This document shows positions 50,294 to 61,330 of a stretch of DNA of 64,000 nucleotides, piece after piece. The notes beneath the pieces were generated by a model. That model did not search any database. It saw only the letters and a list, made by a program, of their open reading frames with translations, and was not told the DNA's origin. Origin of the DNA: Tricharina praecox (taxonomy: Eukaryota); NCBI RefSeq assembly GCF_024521635.1, contig NW_026250434.1:310001-374000 (forward strand), read 5' to 3'. Numbering within the stretch: the first letter of the stretch is position 1; the number at the start of each line of letters is the position of its first letter. The translations under genes and the position numbers were made by a program.

Positions 50294-53200
50294 TCACTTC
50301 TCCGCCCCCTCCTGTCGACAGGCCTCATACAGCACCACAGCCGCGGCTGTCTGGACGTTCATGCTCCTGGTCCTTCCCTTCTGCGGGATCTCCACGCACC
50401 AATCCAGCTCACCCAACAGCTCCGCTGGAATACCGAACTTCTCCGTCCCCAGCAGCAACACCGTTTTCTTCGGAAACCTACACTCATCCTTCCCCAGGAT
50501 GACACTGCGGTCCGTCTGTTCTACACCCACGGCGGTGTACCCTGCCGCGCGCTTCTCTCGGAGGTAAGCGGCGATCTCGGGAATGGGGACTTCGACGAGG
50601 TCGAGCCAGCTCTCGGAGTGCACTGAGACGCTGGTGAATTCCGACGTCTTGGTCGATGACAGGGAATTGAAGGTTAGTGTGTGCACGCCCATGATCTCGG
50701 AGACGCGCGAGACTCCGCCGAGATTGAAGTTGTTGTCCAGTAGGGAGGCAACGAGTATTAGGTCCCTGTCCTCGGTGCCGACGGCAGTGAGTGCGGTGGA
50801 CGAGGGGTCTGAGGCTTTGGTTTGGATCGGGGCGGTGGAGGCAGCAACGAGGACTTCGGAGTCTTGGGGGTGGTATTTTACTTTTCCGGAGTGCTGTGGG
50901 CGTCCACCGGTTGGCGGTGGGGTGTTGTCTTGTGCTTCGACGCCTACGGGAGTATGACGGGTTCTGCTTGAATCTTTAAATTCTTCGCCGTCGAGCCCAA
51001 GGAAGGAATCGGCGGGGATAACTTCGACTTCGTCACCGCCCTTAAGATAGCTGCCGGAGAAGATACCTGCGAGCGTGAGGTTTTCTACACCGTCGAAGGT
51101 ACGGTAGTCCTTGGCGTTTTGAAACTCCTTATAGTAGGCCGAGTTTGTGACTGCCTTGTGGACACGCTGGAAGAGCGGGTTGGATATGAGCTCGGTGAAT
51201 CCGAAGCGCTCTGCATCTTCCCAGAACTCGAGGGTCATGGCGATGGCCTGGTGCCGGACCACGACTTTGGTGTTGCTTGTAAGTGGGATAGCGGTGTGCA
51301 CCAGCTTTAAGAGGGACGTTAGTATGCGATGACTCTAACGCAAGAAGACTGGATACGTACCTCGGTGAAGTATTCCTCCTTCATGCCTTCCGGGAGCCCC
51401 CGTGCCACCATCAGTGCCACTCGTAGGAGAGACACCTGGAGTTTGGGGTTTTGGTCTTCAGGAAATTGAAGATGTCTATTCCGCGCATCCGTCAGTGCTG
51501 TAAATCATAAGTTTGCTGTACTGGTACTCACTTCCATAAGCAGTTCCGGTGCTCAAGAAACCTAAGGATGCACAGCGATATGATCCATTCAAAGAGAAAT
51601 CTGTATCGAGGATGGCGTTCATGACACAATGCCTTATTGATGGCCCGATCCAGGAACTCCTCGGCATCCTCTTTCTCCACGAATCGTTCCAGGAGGATCA
51701 GCGTCTGCAATTGGGTATGCTGGAGAACTGTTAGCAATCCGCACCTCCGCCACTATAAACCAACGATTCGGCACTCACCTTCTTCCAAGCAGTCCAAATT
51801 GACATGCCCGCGAAGTTCTCCGTCCACGGGGAAAACAACTTCTCCCTGAGCGCCTTAACGAATTCAACCTGAACCCTATCCGTTTCATCCATTCTCGAGA
51901 GCATGTCAAACATGTACACTTGGGAGTAAATCTCACGGTCACCGTAGTACTCGGTGTAGTGATCGGTTCCTGGCGCAACATCGTCAAAGAGGATACTGAG
52001 GGGATGCTCCACAGTGAAGTCTTTGTCACAGTCGTTTTGCTGGTAGTTGACCAGCTCGATGACGATATCAATTAGCCATGGGGATTGGCCGATGATCCGG
52101 GGGGATTCAGGCGTGTGCATAAATGCCTTGCGGATTACATTGGCGATTGCTGGACGGATGGAACGTTTTCCGTGGCCAAGTCTCATGATGTCCGCGGCAA
52201 CCTGTAATAATTAGCCCGACAGCCGCGCGCCCTTCTAGATAAGAACATCATACGATAGTCAAAGTTCCCCTCAGATCCACGTTCTCCACTGCATTCCGGA
52301 GAATGACAGGGTGGAATATGGTCTGAATGAAGCCAAGATAGACTCTGGTGAAACCAGAGCGCAGCGTGGCGGCATCGGCCGTCTCCCAGAGCTGCGATAT
52401 CAGCGAATCTAGCTCCACAGCCTTGGTTTGTTGAGATTCAAGCAGCTGCTGAGGGAACTTTGTGGCAATCGTCCGGATGACATCAAGGGCATGGATGAGT
52501 GACTCGTTCTCGAGGAACCTTAGCAACCGGGGGAATGTGCCCAGTGTTTTGCAAATCGTGGATACATTGAGCTGTGGACTTAGTTAGTAGGGCTAGGAAT
52601 CACAGATGAGAATACCAACCTCTTCCGAAGTGCTGATACTGTGTTCAAGAATGCGGAACATCGCACCGATGAACTTGCCCACAGTTGCTATCATCTCAAC
52701 GCTGCAAAAGTTTAGCGGCCGGCCAAACAGGACCTTCAGAACACAACGGACTCACTTATCATGCTTATTCCGGCCTAAGGGAGGGATAGGAAAGGCGTCG
52801 ATCAAATCCACAACATCGTCCACACTTGGCTGCGCAAAAGAAGTCCCACTCATGAGTCTGATAGAATTGGCACATATCAGAGCCCAGTGGGTCCTCTTTT
52901 GCTCTGTATTCTGCTCATACTTGTCGCCCTTCGATTCCTGCAGCGAACGCCAGCGAAAGGAGAAGATTGCTGCCAACGAAGTGGCGCTTTCTTGCGCTTC
53001 TACCGGCCACTGCTCCAAAAGGGAGGCAATATCCATGTCACTCTCGGATGGAGTGTGATGGTTTTCGAAAATGTGAGAAAGGATACTCCCAATGTCGAAA
53101 AGCCTGTTGACACCTGTGATTGTCTCAGTATAAGGCGGAGCGGGAGTGTGAAGGACATTATTACAGCCAAAAAGTTGACGATTGCTCAGGAGGATAGTCC

Positions 53201-55426
53201 AGAAGCTTAGCCTTGGCTGCTCTCTGTGGGGAGTTAGCCGGGATGAAAGAACCGGGGGACAAGCCACGACGGGGCTCACGTCTTAATCTTCAACTGAAAA
53301 CGCTGGATCCAGGCGTCTGGGGATTCGAGTTGCTCCACGCTCCGGCAGCCCAGACAATACACTGTAAATGCTCCTTGTAAAAGCTCAATCCTCGACGGCG
53401 AACCTTCCTGTCCGAATGCTAATCGTTCGACATTGTCGAGTTGCTGTGAGTCCAGTAGAGACTTTTCAACCCGTTTCTGAACCGTGGACAGATAGTCCTC
53501 GGAGAGAAGATATTCCTTCTTGGACACAACCTCCGCCAGAGCACTACCCGAATGTCAGTGGGTTCCAGGATCTATGACATGGACTGTCACTCACGTCCAA
53601 AATTCCGCAAACCCAACTTTATCGATATCCACCGCTAGCAGCAGCCTGAGTACAGCGGCCAGGCACACATCGACCTTCAACTTCGTAAACCTCTGCATCT
53701 TCGCGATCCTAACCAGCAATCTCAGGTCTTCAGTCCCAAAGACTCTTTCCGCACCCACTCCTTCCAAAAGCCCTTTCAAAATCCACGCCCTAGCCGGCGC
53801 AAACAGATTATCTTCTCGCTCATCGATCCACACGAGGATAGCCCGGGCAATGTCCTGCTTCGATTCCACAGCGTCCACGACTCTTCCCAACCATTCCGCA
53901 AGCTGCGTGCCGTGCTCACACTTCTCCGGTGTTGAACGGCCGATGACGAAGTTTGCCGCGTATGCGGCATAGGGGAACAATACGTCCTGTAGAAGTTTCC
54001 GGCCCTCGGGTCCACCGAATAATCGACCTAGTCGCTTTGGCTCAAGGGATATCATGATGTCCCAGAAGCCGCGGGATACACCGCCGCTGCCAGACTGGAA
54101 ACCGAGGGTGACGAGGACTACCATCCATGACGCTGGGATGTGCGAGGATCCATCGAGTAGACGCTTTAGATCCGGTGTTGCGTCGCGGAGCTGGTTGGGA
54201 GAGGTGGATAGCGAAACGATTTCGATAAGCGTCGTGTACTTGTTCCACGATGCGGTGATAGGTCTCTGGTGCTTGGGGTCAAATGTGAAAGTTCTGCCGG
54301 TATTAGATGCATGTATGAGCTAGGGAATGACGGGACGCAATAAATACCTGGTGTCCACAGGCTCTAGTGTCGATGATATGGACTTCATTAGAAGGTGGAG
54401 ACTGTATTTCCTGCGCTCGGAGAAACCGGTGGCCAGGCATTTCTATAGCCGTGAGCAGCGGCCGCGCAAGCGGGACAGCAGGGAAGCAAACCTGTATGAG
54501 GGTCCAGTAACTATCGTTTCCCAGTATTCCCTGGCTTGGACGTACACCTTCGCCGGAGGCCGCAGCCCAGCGCAGCCACACGGCCAAAGCCAGATCGACG
54601 TGAATTTCGGCAGCCACAAGTCTACTGAGTCCGTCCCATAGCAGCTACAATCATTCACAAAGGGAAGCAAGTCACGAATCAGCTTCCATTCTAGTCTAAA
54701 CGAAACGTTTATTTATTATCGCAGCGGAAAATATGAGATAACTACCTGGAAAGGCTGCACAGACGTGGGGAAATCATTCAAGAGCTGGCACAAAGCATTG
54801 CTGGCGGCCATTGCAATACCCAGATCCCGCAGCGCCATGAGGCCTAGCAGGTGCACTGGCAACATTTCCCCGACGAGCGAGGGAGATACCATCGGATGAG
54901 CTGCCCGGAGCCAATCCTTCTTCAGGAAGACGAAGTGCCAGAATCGTAGCAGCCGGGTCACACTCTTCTTCAAGTCCTGCACCTCCTCCAATGCCAATGG
55001 GATATCACTTCGCGAGCCGGACAGATGGGTCTCGAAGAACCCGCTGAAGTCGACAGCAAACCCTTCGTCGCTGCTCACGTTCGCGTTGCTCTGTTCCTTC
55101 AACAGCCTGCCTGTAGTCGTCAACGTCACATCCAGCAATCCTGGAAGCAGGTCATCGTTGGCCAATTCCATCGCCAGCTCAAAGTCTTTGGAACCATCGT
55201 TCAAGTCCGCCGACAGTATCAGCGACCGAACGTAATCTTGGAGAACATTCTTTGCGGCCGCGTCGGGAGTGGCGCGCAGGAGTTCGGCGAGAATGCGCGA
55301 AAGCCCGGCTTTCTGTTCGCTCGAGGTAGACGGGGAGGAGAGTTGCGAAATGATCAAGGAGGTCGGCGACGAGGACGGAGACTGATTCGATACCAGAATT
55401 GCGGCCAACGTGCGGTAGACGTCCAT
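50294..55426 (-). CDS. TRM3: tRNA (guanosine-18 2'-O)-methyltransferase Trm3/TARBP1, multi-exon
   Basis: C-terminal SPOUT domain LILVASLLDNNFNLGGVSRVSE...VGVEQTDRS...FPKKTVLLLGTEKFGIP..LDWCVEIPQKGRTRSMNVQTAAAVVLYE, preceded by about 4 kb of consecutive minus-strand helical-repeat exons separated by short GT-AG introns. Not all internal boundaries were resolved. Confidence 0.92.
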
Positions 55427-56173
55427 TGTGCCAAATGCGTGACACAGAAGATGTAAATTCGCGAAACATGGTGGGGTGGTGGGGTTAAGGCTCTGCGGCT
55501 AGTGATCCGAGTTTGCAAGGGAAGTCATGGTCACCATGCACGTGCACAAGCGCATCCTTCCGTCACCGCTGACACTGCACGCAAAGAATCCGCAGGCGTT
55601 TATAATTACGGCAAATAGATACTTGCGGGTATCATTGAATACAGATAGCATTAATTGTTCCACAATTTTGATTCAAAAATTGCGGTAACTTCACAAAATG
55701 TAATCACTGTCCTCCCTGCGCGGGGATACCACACTGTCCTGATTGTCGATAGCGGGGTCCCCTACAGCCCCTGCTCGTCCTACCGCCGGTACGACTTGTC
55801 CTCGTATGCCGTCCTATTGTATCAGGCCTACCTCGCCGCGGATTGCACACTATTGTTGGGGAGTGTTGGTGGAGCTGTTGGCGGCAGGAAACGAATGTGG
55901 TATGTGGATTAGTAGTGGGCATCAATCGTGTTGGTGGGCATGGCGGGGTCGACTACCTTCTGAATGAGGAGGTGGGGGACTTGAGCTGGCACCCACAGGT
56001 TTGCTTCTTAGGTCGAACGTCTATTGGGTAGATGATGAGAGAGAGAGGGGGAGAAAGAGGAGGTAGAGGTTAATAGTCTATTCTGTCGGTGAAGGAATCT
56101 TGTTTACTGTCCTCGGGCATTAATAGGCTGAGTTGACGAATAACCACGGAAGGATGGATATCATGAGGAGAGA

Positions 56174-56323
56174 TATCATGGTATAACCTCGGGAATGGAT
56201 ATGATGGGATTTAGGTTTTCTTTATATACTCTCTCTGAAGTCTGTTGCCCGCTCATTCTCATTCGCTTCTCTATCTAGCAAATACTTCTTTATCTCTCTC
56301 GCTCTCTCAGATACGCAGTGACA
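56174..56323 (+). repeat. LTR copy 1
   Basis: tatcatggtataacctcgggaatggatatga...ctcagatacgcagtgaca; homologous to copies 2 and 3. Confidence 0.75.
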
Positions 56324-56467
56324 AAAAACTCTTTGAAATAAGAGTTCACGGCAGTCATCCTTCAGCGAAAACCCCCTCGAATACCTCCAGGCGCTATACT
56401 GCGGCAGCCGCGACAGCGAGTCGGCAGTTACTTTTTGAATTTCATTGGTATCGATCGACGACCAACG

Positions 56468-57404
56468 ATGTCAGAGAAGATTAAGCCCCTTAATGGCTCC
56501 AACTACAACAAGTGGGCCCTCAATATTTCAGCATGCTTAGAGCATGGCTTGTGATATTTCGCCTGCGGCAACTCGAGTCAGCCTTCCTGCAAGCCTTACC
56601 TCACAACGCCAGAACTGAAGACCGTTCCGGAAGAAGCCAGGAACGACCCGAAAAAACCTGAGCTGGATACCCCAGCGTACATAGAGTGGTTCGACGACTA
56701 TATTACCAGGTACGTGGAATATGATAAGGGTTTGCAGAAAGCCTCCGGTATGATCTATGGTGCACTCGATGCATCCTTAAAGGTTCACTACGGCGACAAC
56801 AAGTGGATCTACGACCCGTCTGGCCTGTGGATTGTGCTCCAGACTGAGCGTGAGCGCGGCGCAAGAATTGACGGACGATACCTCTTCCAACGATTGACCC
56901 AGATCAGGCTGTCGGAATTCGATTCTGCGAGGAAATACTTTACGGAGACCAAACGCATAGCTGCCCAGCTTGAGAGCTGTGGTGTCGAGATGGGCGACCA
57001 AGTTGTCGCTTGGTGTATGATGGAGGGATTCCCAGATGCTGTCGAGTGGACGAATTTCACCTCAACAATTATCGATACTAAATATAGCACCTCACCGGAG
57101 AAGCTTATGGAACGACTTGAACCCTTCGAAGCTACTCTGCGAAGGAATAATGGTACCCCGGACGACTCCACTCTCTTCGCATGGAGCGGTACACGATGCC
57201 GGGCCTCAAGGCAACGGTAGCTATAGCTACAACCGAGGCAATAGTCGCGCGGGTGGTCGCAATGGTCGCAACAACAGGACGATTCCTGGCTACGGATGCG
57301 GTGGAAAAGGACACAAGAAGCCAGACTGCTGGAGCCAAGACCGTTGGGACACAAAAACTGACGAGCGCATTGAGACGGCCAACAAGACGATGACGAATGA
57401 TTGA
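56468..57404 (+). pseudogene. Copia-type gag pseudogene
   Basis: MSEKIKPLNGSNYNKWALNISACLEHGL*Y (Copia gag N-terminal L-x-G-x-NY-x2-W motif, in-frame TGA at 56552); UBN2-like core (ARKYFTETKRIAAQLESCGVEMGDQVVAWCMMEGFP); frameshift near 57200; degenerate zinc knuckle GYGCGGKGHKKPDC. Confidence 0.85.
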
Positions 57405-57426
57405 CTGGTGATATCATGAGGGGAGA

Positions 57427-57551
57427 TATCATGGCATGACCTTGGAAGATGGATATGAAGGAATTTGGTTTTTTGTTTCTCTGTATCTCTTCATAAACTC
57501 TCTCTGTTGCCCGTTCATTCTCTTCTGTACCTAAGCAACAACTTCTCTCTC
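57427..57551 (+). repeat. LTR copy 2 (3'-truncated)
   Basis: tatcatggcatgaccttggaagatggatatgaaggaatttggttttttgtttctctgtatc...; lacks the terminal TGACA. Confidence 0.8.
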
Positions 57552-57555
57552 TTTT

Positions 57556-57713
57556 TGTCACAGCGGATCTGAGCGAGAGAGAGAGCAAGAGCGAGAGAGA
57601 GAGGAGTGGTTGATTAGATACAGAAGGCGGCAACAGAGAGAGTTTATAAACAGATACAGAGAAACAAAAAACCAAATTCTGTCATATCCATCTTCCGAGG
57701 TCATGCCATGATA
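57556..57713 (-). repeat. LTR copy 3, inverted, full length, with its own purine tract
   Basis: Reverse complement reads tatcatggcatgacctcggaagatggatatgacagaatttggtt...ctcagatccgctgtgaca, preceded by gaagagaga. Confidence 0.85.
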
Positions 57714-58618
57714 TCTCTCTTCATTATATCACTAATCGATCCTTCATCATCGGGTCAGTCATCTCGTCGATCCTTAGTCGCACACGCCGCTCACTCGCCC
57801 GCCTCGTTTGATGCTCGAGGACATTCAAAGGGATTCCTTCACCGAAATCTCTCTCGTTCACTCAGATTCGCTGTGCCAAATACTCTGTAGATGATGATGA
57901 GAGAGAAAGGGAGAGTGATAGAGAGCGGGAGAGAGGAGGCCCCTCTACCAGCCTTCAAGTTTGCACCCTCCTCGGGGCCCATTGTGTGGCTTCTATTCAC
58001 TTCTTCCCAGAGATTTCCCGCTTGAGGTGTGCTAGCAACTTGCCTCTACAGCCAGCGGCGGAGAGCGTATCACGTGACGATACCGAGTGATATCTGCATA
58101 AACTAGTGCTCTCTCCGTCACGCCAAAAATAAAAACAAAAACCATCACCCCCGGTGGGTGGCAAGGAAATCCCAAGAGCTGAATACACAGGTCTTTGACC
58201 CGGTTTAAGCCAGAGTTTTCCCTCAACTCCCCTCGCCGATTGCATGGAATAGACTACTGGGCCACGCGTTGGTTTTTTCGTGCTGAATGGGTACTTCAAT
58301 TCGAAAATTATAAAGTCGTGGGTGCCTGTCGTTCGTTCAATATATACAGCGTTGAACGAGTGAACAACATGCTGTGTATATTGAGTGGATCTGATGCGCC
58401 GTCTTTCTGCGTTTGAATGAACGATTCTACTCTAAATACAGCGCGGTAACCACAGCGAGGCTGAGGTTCTCTGATCGAGGCATACCCACAGGTAGAGTGA
58501 TTCTGAGGTAATACCAGAGGAACATACTCAGCATGCGGGAGCGGTCAGAAAACTGTATGTACATGCCTGGGGAGGGCGGCAACCTCTCGTGTAAAAGCTG
58601 CCGTGATGCATTGGCGGT

Positions 58619-58865
58619 CACTCGAGTCAAGCCTTGCAGACTAGGCGGTGTTTTTGTCGAGCTCTAGCAGCTCCTATGAAAAGGGTAATGCACGATCAAG
58701 CGGCTGTAGGTGGAGATCGTACTGGCTGCTGCCCGGTCAGTGTGAGGTGTTCGAGCCCCTTCGTGTATTTCCAACTATCACTCGAATCACGCCACGAAAA
58801 CTGGCGGTATTTCTGTCGAGCTCTTGTGGTTTGTATGGAAAGTGGGATGCGCAATCAACGTGAGA
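58619..58865. repeat. Diverged direct duplication with 160-bp spacing
   Basis: cactcgagtcaagcc..ggcggtgtttttgtcgagctct.. at 58619 versus cactcgaatcacgcc..ggcggtatttctgtcgagctct.. at 58779. Confidence 0.65.
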
Positions 58866-59781
58866 TGGCCGAGCGCCACCATGAATCGCGAAACATCACT
58901 CGACTGCGGATGGCCGAAGGGTGCTCCCGTCCGATCAGTCCCCCGCTTCTTCCCGCCCGAATCACCATAATCTGATCTTGAAGACCTCTACGCGAGATCA
59001 ATCGATGTTATCTCTCTCCCGCTTTCCCGCTCTCCCGCTCTCCCCCTCTTCCCCTCTTCCCGCTCTTCCCACCCTCCTTCTTGCACCAAGGTCCAAAACG
59101 ACTGTTTCACATACACATACACATGCTGGTTCGTATTCTTCGTCGCGAGGTGGACATCACGACTAGTTTGATTAGACCAGTCAGAACTCAGTCTCAGGAC
59201 CGCCATGCCTGCACGGCATGGGTGAGCGGGCTGGCGGGACGGGTTGGCGGATTCGTGCTGGGCGGGTCGATACCTATCCCGTTACCGCAGCCGCAAACGG
59301 CAGCCATGCACGGTGCCAGCCAGCAGCGTCTTCAGCGACTTCAACGCACGTAGAAGCCACCGCAGTCCAGTCCAGTCCATCCATCCATCCATCCATCTAT
59401 CCATCCATCCAGCCATCCATCCATCCAGCCAGCCAGCCAGCCACCTAAGTCCTAGGATATATCATATAACTGCTGACGATCTAATCTACAGCCTTACCGT
59501 GGAGTAGCTAGCGCCACCTCCCTCCACATCGCGCTTGCCCTCGCTCGATCCGTGGGTACAGTGGATGCAGTGGTGCACAGATGCGATGCGATGGTGAGAT
59601 GGTGCGATTGCCGAAAGTTGGCCCTTGCGTCGCGGGAGCCCGCGTATGTGGCCGCGCCGGGATGCCGCCCGCTGCAGCCTGCAGCCTGCGGCAGTGGCGA
59701 GATATTTGCTACGTGGAGTACATGCCGCCTGGAATGCATTCGAGCGAGCGGTGGGAGAGAGCTAGGTACATATCCCTAGGG

Positions 59782-61330
59782 TACAAGGAATGCGGCACTG
59801 CCGTAATAACTAAATGGGCACCAGTTAATACTGCCTGGGAGGATGACAGTCAAACGGCTCTAAAAGGGCTCCTAAAAAGGCCCTCATCCGGCTATTAAAG
59901 GGCTCCATGGTCTAAAAAGGCTCTACATACAAGGAATCTAAAATGGCGCTGTCACTGATACGGCTATAAAAGGGCATATTTGATAATATGGCTTTTAGGA
60001 GCTTATATGGCTAACATCAACAATCACACGAGCGCGAACTGCTGCTTGAATATGATGTGGTTTTATGTATGATAACTACTGCTGCTCACTCCCATATATA
60101 TTCTCCCCTCCGCGCCTATGCAAACCGAAACCCGCATCTCCCCGCCTCTCCCTGCCACTCACCGCTCTTCCCGCTCTCCGGTCTTCACCCGGGTACCTTA
60201 GCACAGATTCAACATGAACGGCGTGCTGAATAGACAGTCTGTTAGTACCGGCGATGACAGTGGGGTATCCGCAGCGAGCTAGGTCTAGGAACGTAATACA
60301 TACCTGCTGTGGAAGACCAGAGAAAGAGGGCGAACGACGACGAAGGTAAATACTGTGTGGTGGAGTGACGGATGAGGGCTCAGTGAGACGTGGGGCTGTC
60401 TTTGGGAGCGGGAGGAGATGGCGGAGCTGTTAGCGAGGGGAGAAGCTGTCTGTGAGAGGGGAAATGAAGAACGAACTGTTAGCGAGAGGAGGACTGAGTA
60501 ATGGAGGTGATGTCGCCGAGAAGAGGAGGGAGAGGAGGAGCTGTCATCGGGAGGGTGAGGGAGAGGAGAAGCTGTTAGCAAGAGGAGAAGCGAGATGAGT
60601 AAATGATGGAGGAGCTGTCAGAGTGAGGAGGAGGTGAAGGAGGAGGTGAAGGAGGAGATGTTCGCGAGAAGGAGGAGATGAGTAGCTGTTGCCGAGAAGG
60701 GGGAGAGGAGTATCTAGCTGTTGGCGAGATGAGGAAGTGATGGAATAGCTGTCCGCGAGGGGAGGAAGTGAAGGAGGAGGAAGAGATGAAGGAGGAAAAG
60801 ATGGAGGAGTAAGAGATGGAGGAGGAAGAGATGGAGGAGGAAGAGATGGAGGAGGAAGTGACGGAGGAGCCGTCGGTATTGGTGAGAGGATGACGTAGTG
60901 ATTGAGGGCCCATCAGCGGGAGGGAGCGAATGTGGTTAGTAGCGGGCATCAACGTTGGTGGGCATGGCGGGGCACGCATGGCGGGGTCGGCCGAATAGGG
61001 AGAAACTGGTCCATTTGTATGTAAATCGAAGCCTATTCATCACTCGTGCCGGAAGCCTAATGAGCGGCAAGGTATCTTTTTACCAACGGATGCCCGAAGA
61101 GAGTGGTGGAGAGACATTGCATTTACTACCAACCGCCTAATTACTCGGCTCTGCTAAATATCACTATCGCAAACTGGCCGCAATTATTGCTAAACGCCTA
61201 TTGAATCAGCTTGGGCTAATTTACTAGCAGAAGCCTGGATTACCAGAGCAAATGAGCCGCATTTTGTGTCGGGAGCAAGTTTACAGGCAGGCTGGCATTT
61301 ATTTAATTGCGGCTTGCCGCATTCCTTGTA
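59782..61330. mobile_element. Non-autonomous TIR DNA transposon (hAT-like if the TSD is 8 bp)
   Basis: Ends TACAAGGAATGCGGCA...TGCCGCATTCCTTGTA (16 bp perfect, imperfect to about 35 bp), flanked on both sides by CCCTAGGG (59774-59781, 61331-61338); short subterminal repeats; no transposase ORF. Confidence 0.8.

Larger units (their letters stand above)
56174..57551 (+). mobile_element. Decayed Ty1/Copia-like LTR element carrying gag only
   Basis: Direct ~150-bp LTR-like repeats at 56174-56323 and 57427-57551 flank a gag remnant; purine tract GAGGGGAGA directly before the 3' LTR; no protease, integrase or RT sequence. Confidence 0.8.

Noticed and set aside
56809..57675. 288-aa minus-strand ORF
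   Set aside because: Antisense to the gag remnant and running through LTR sequence
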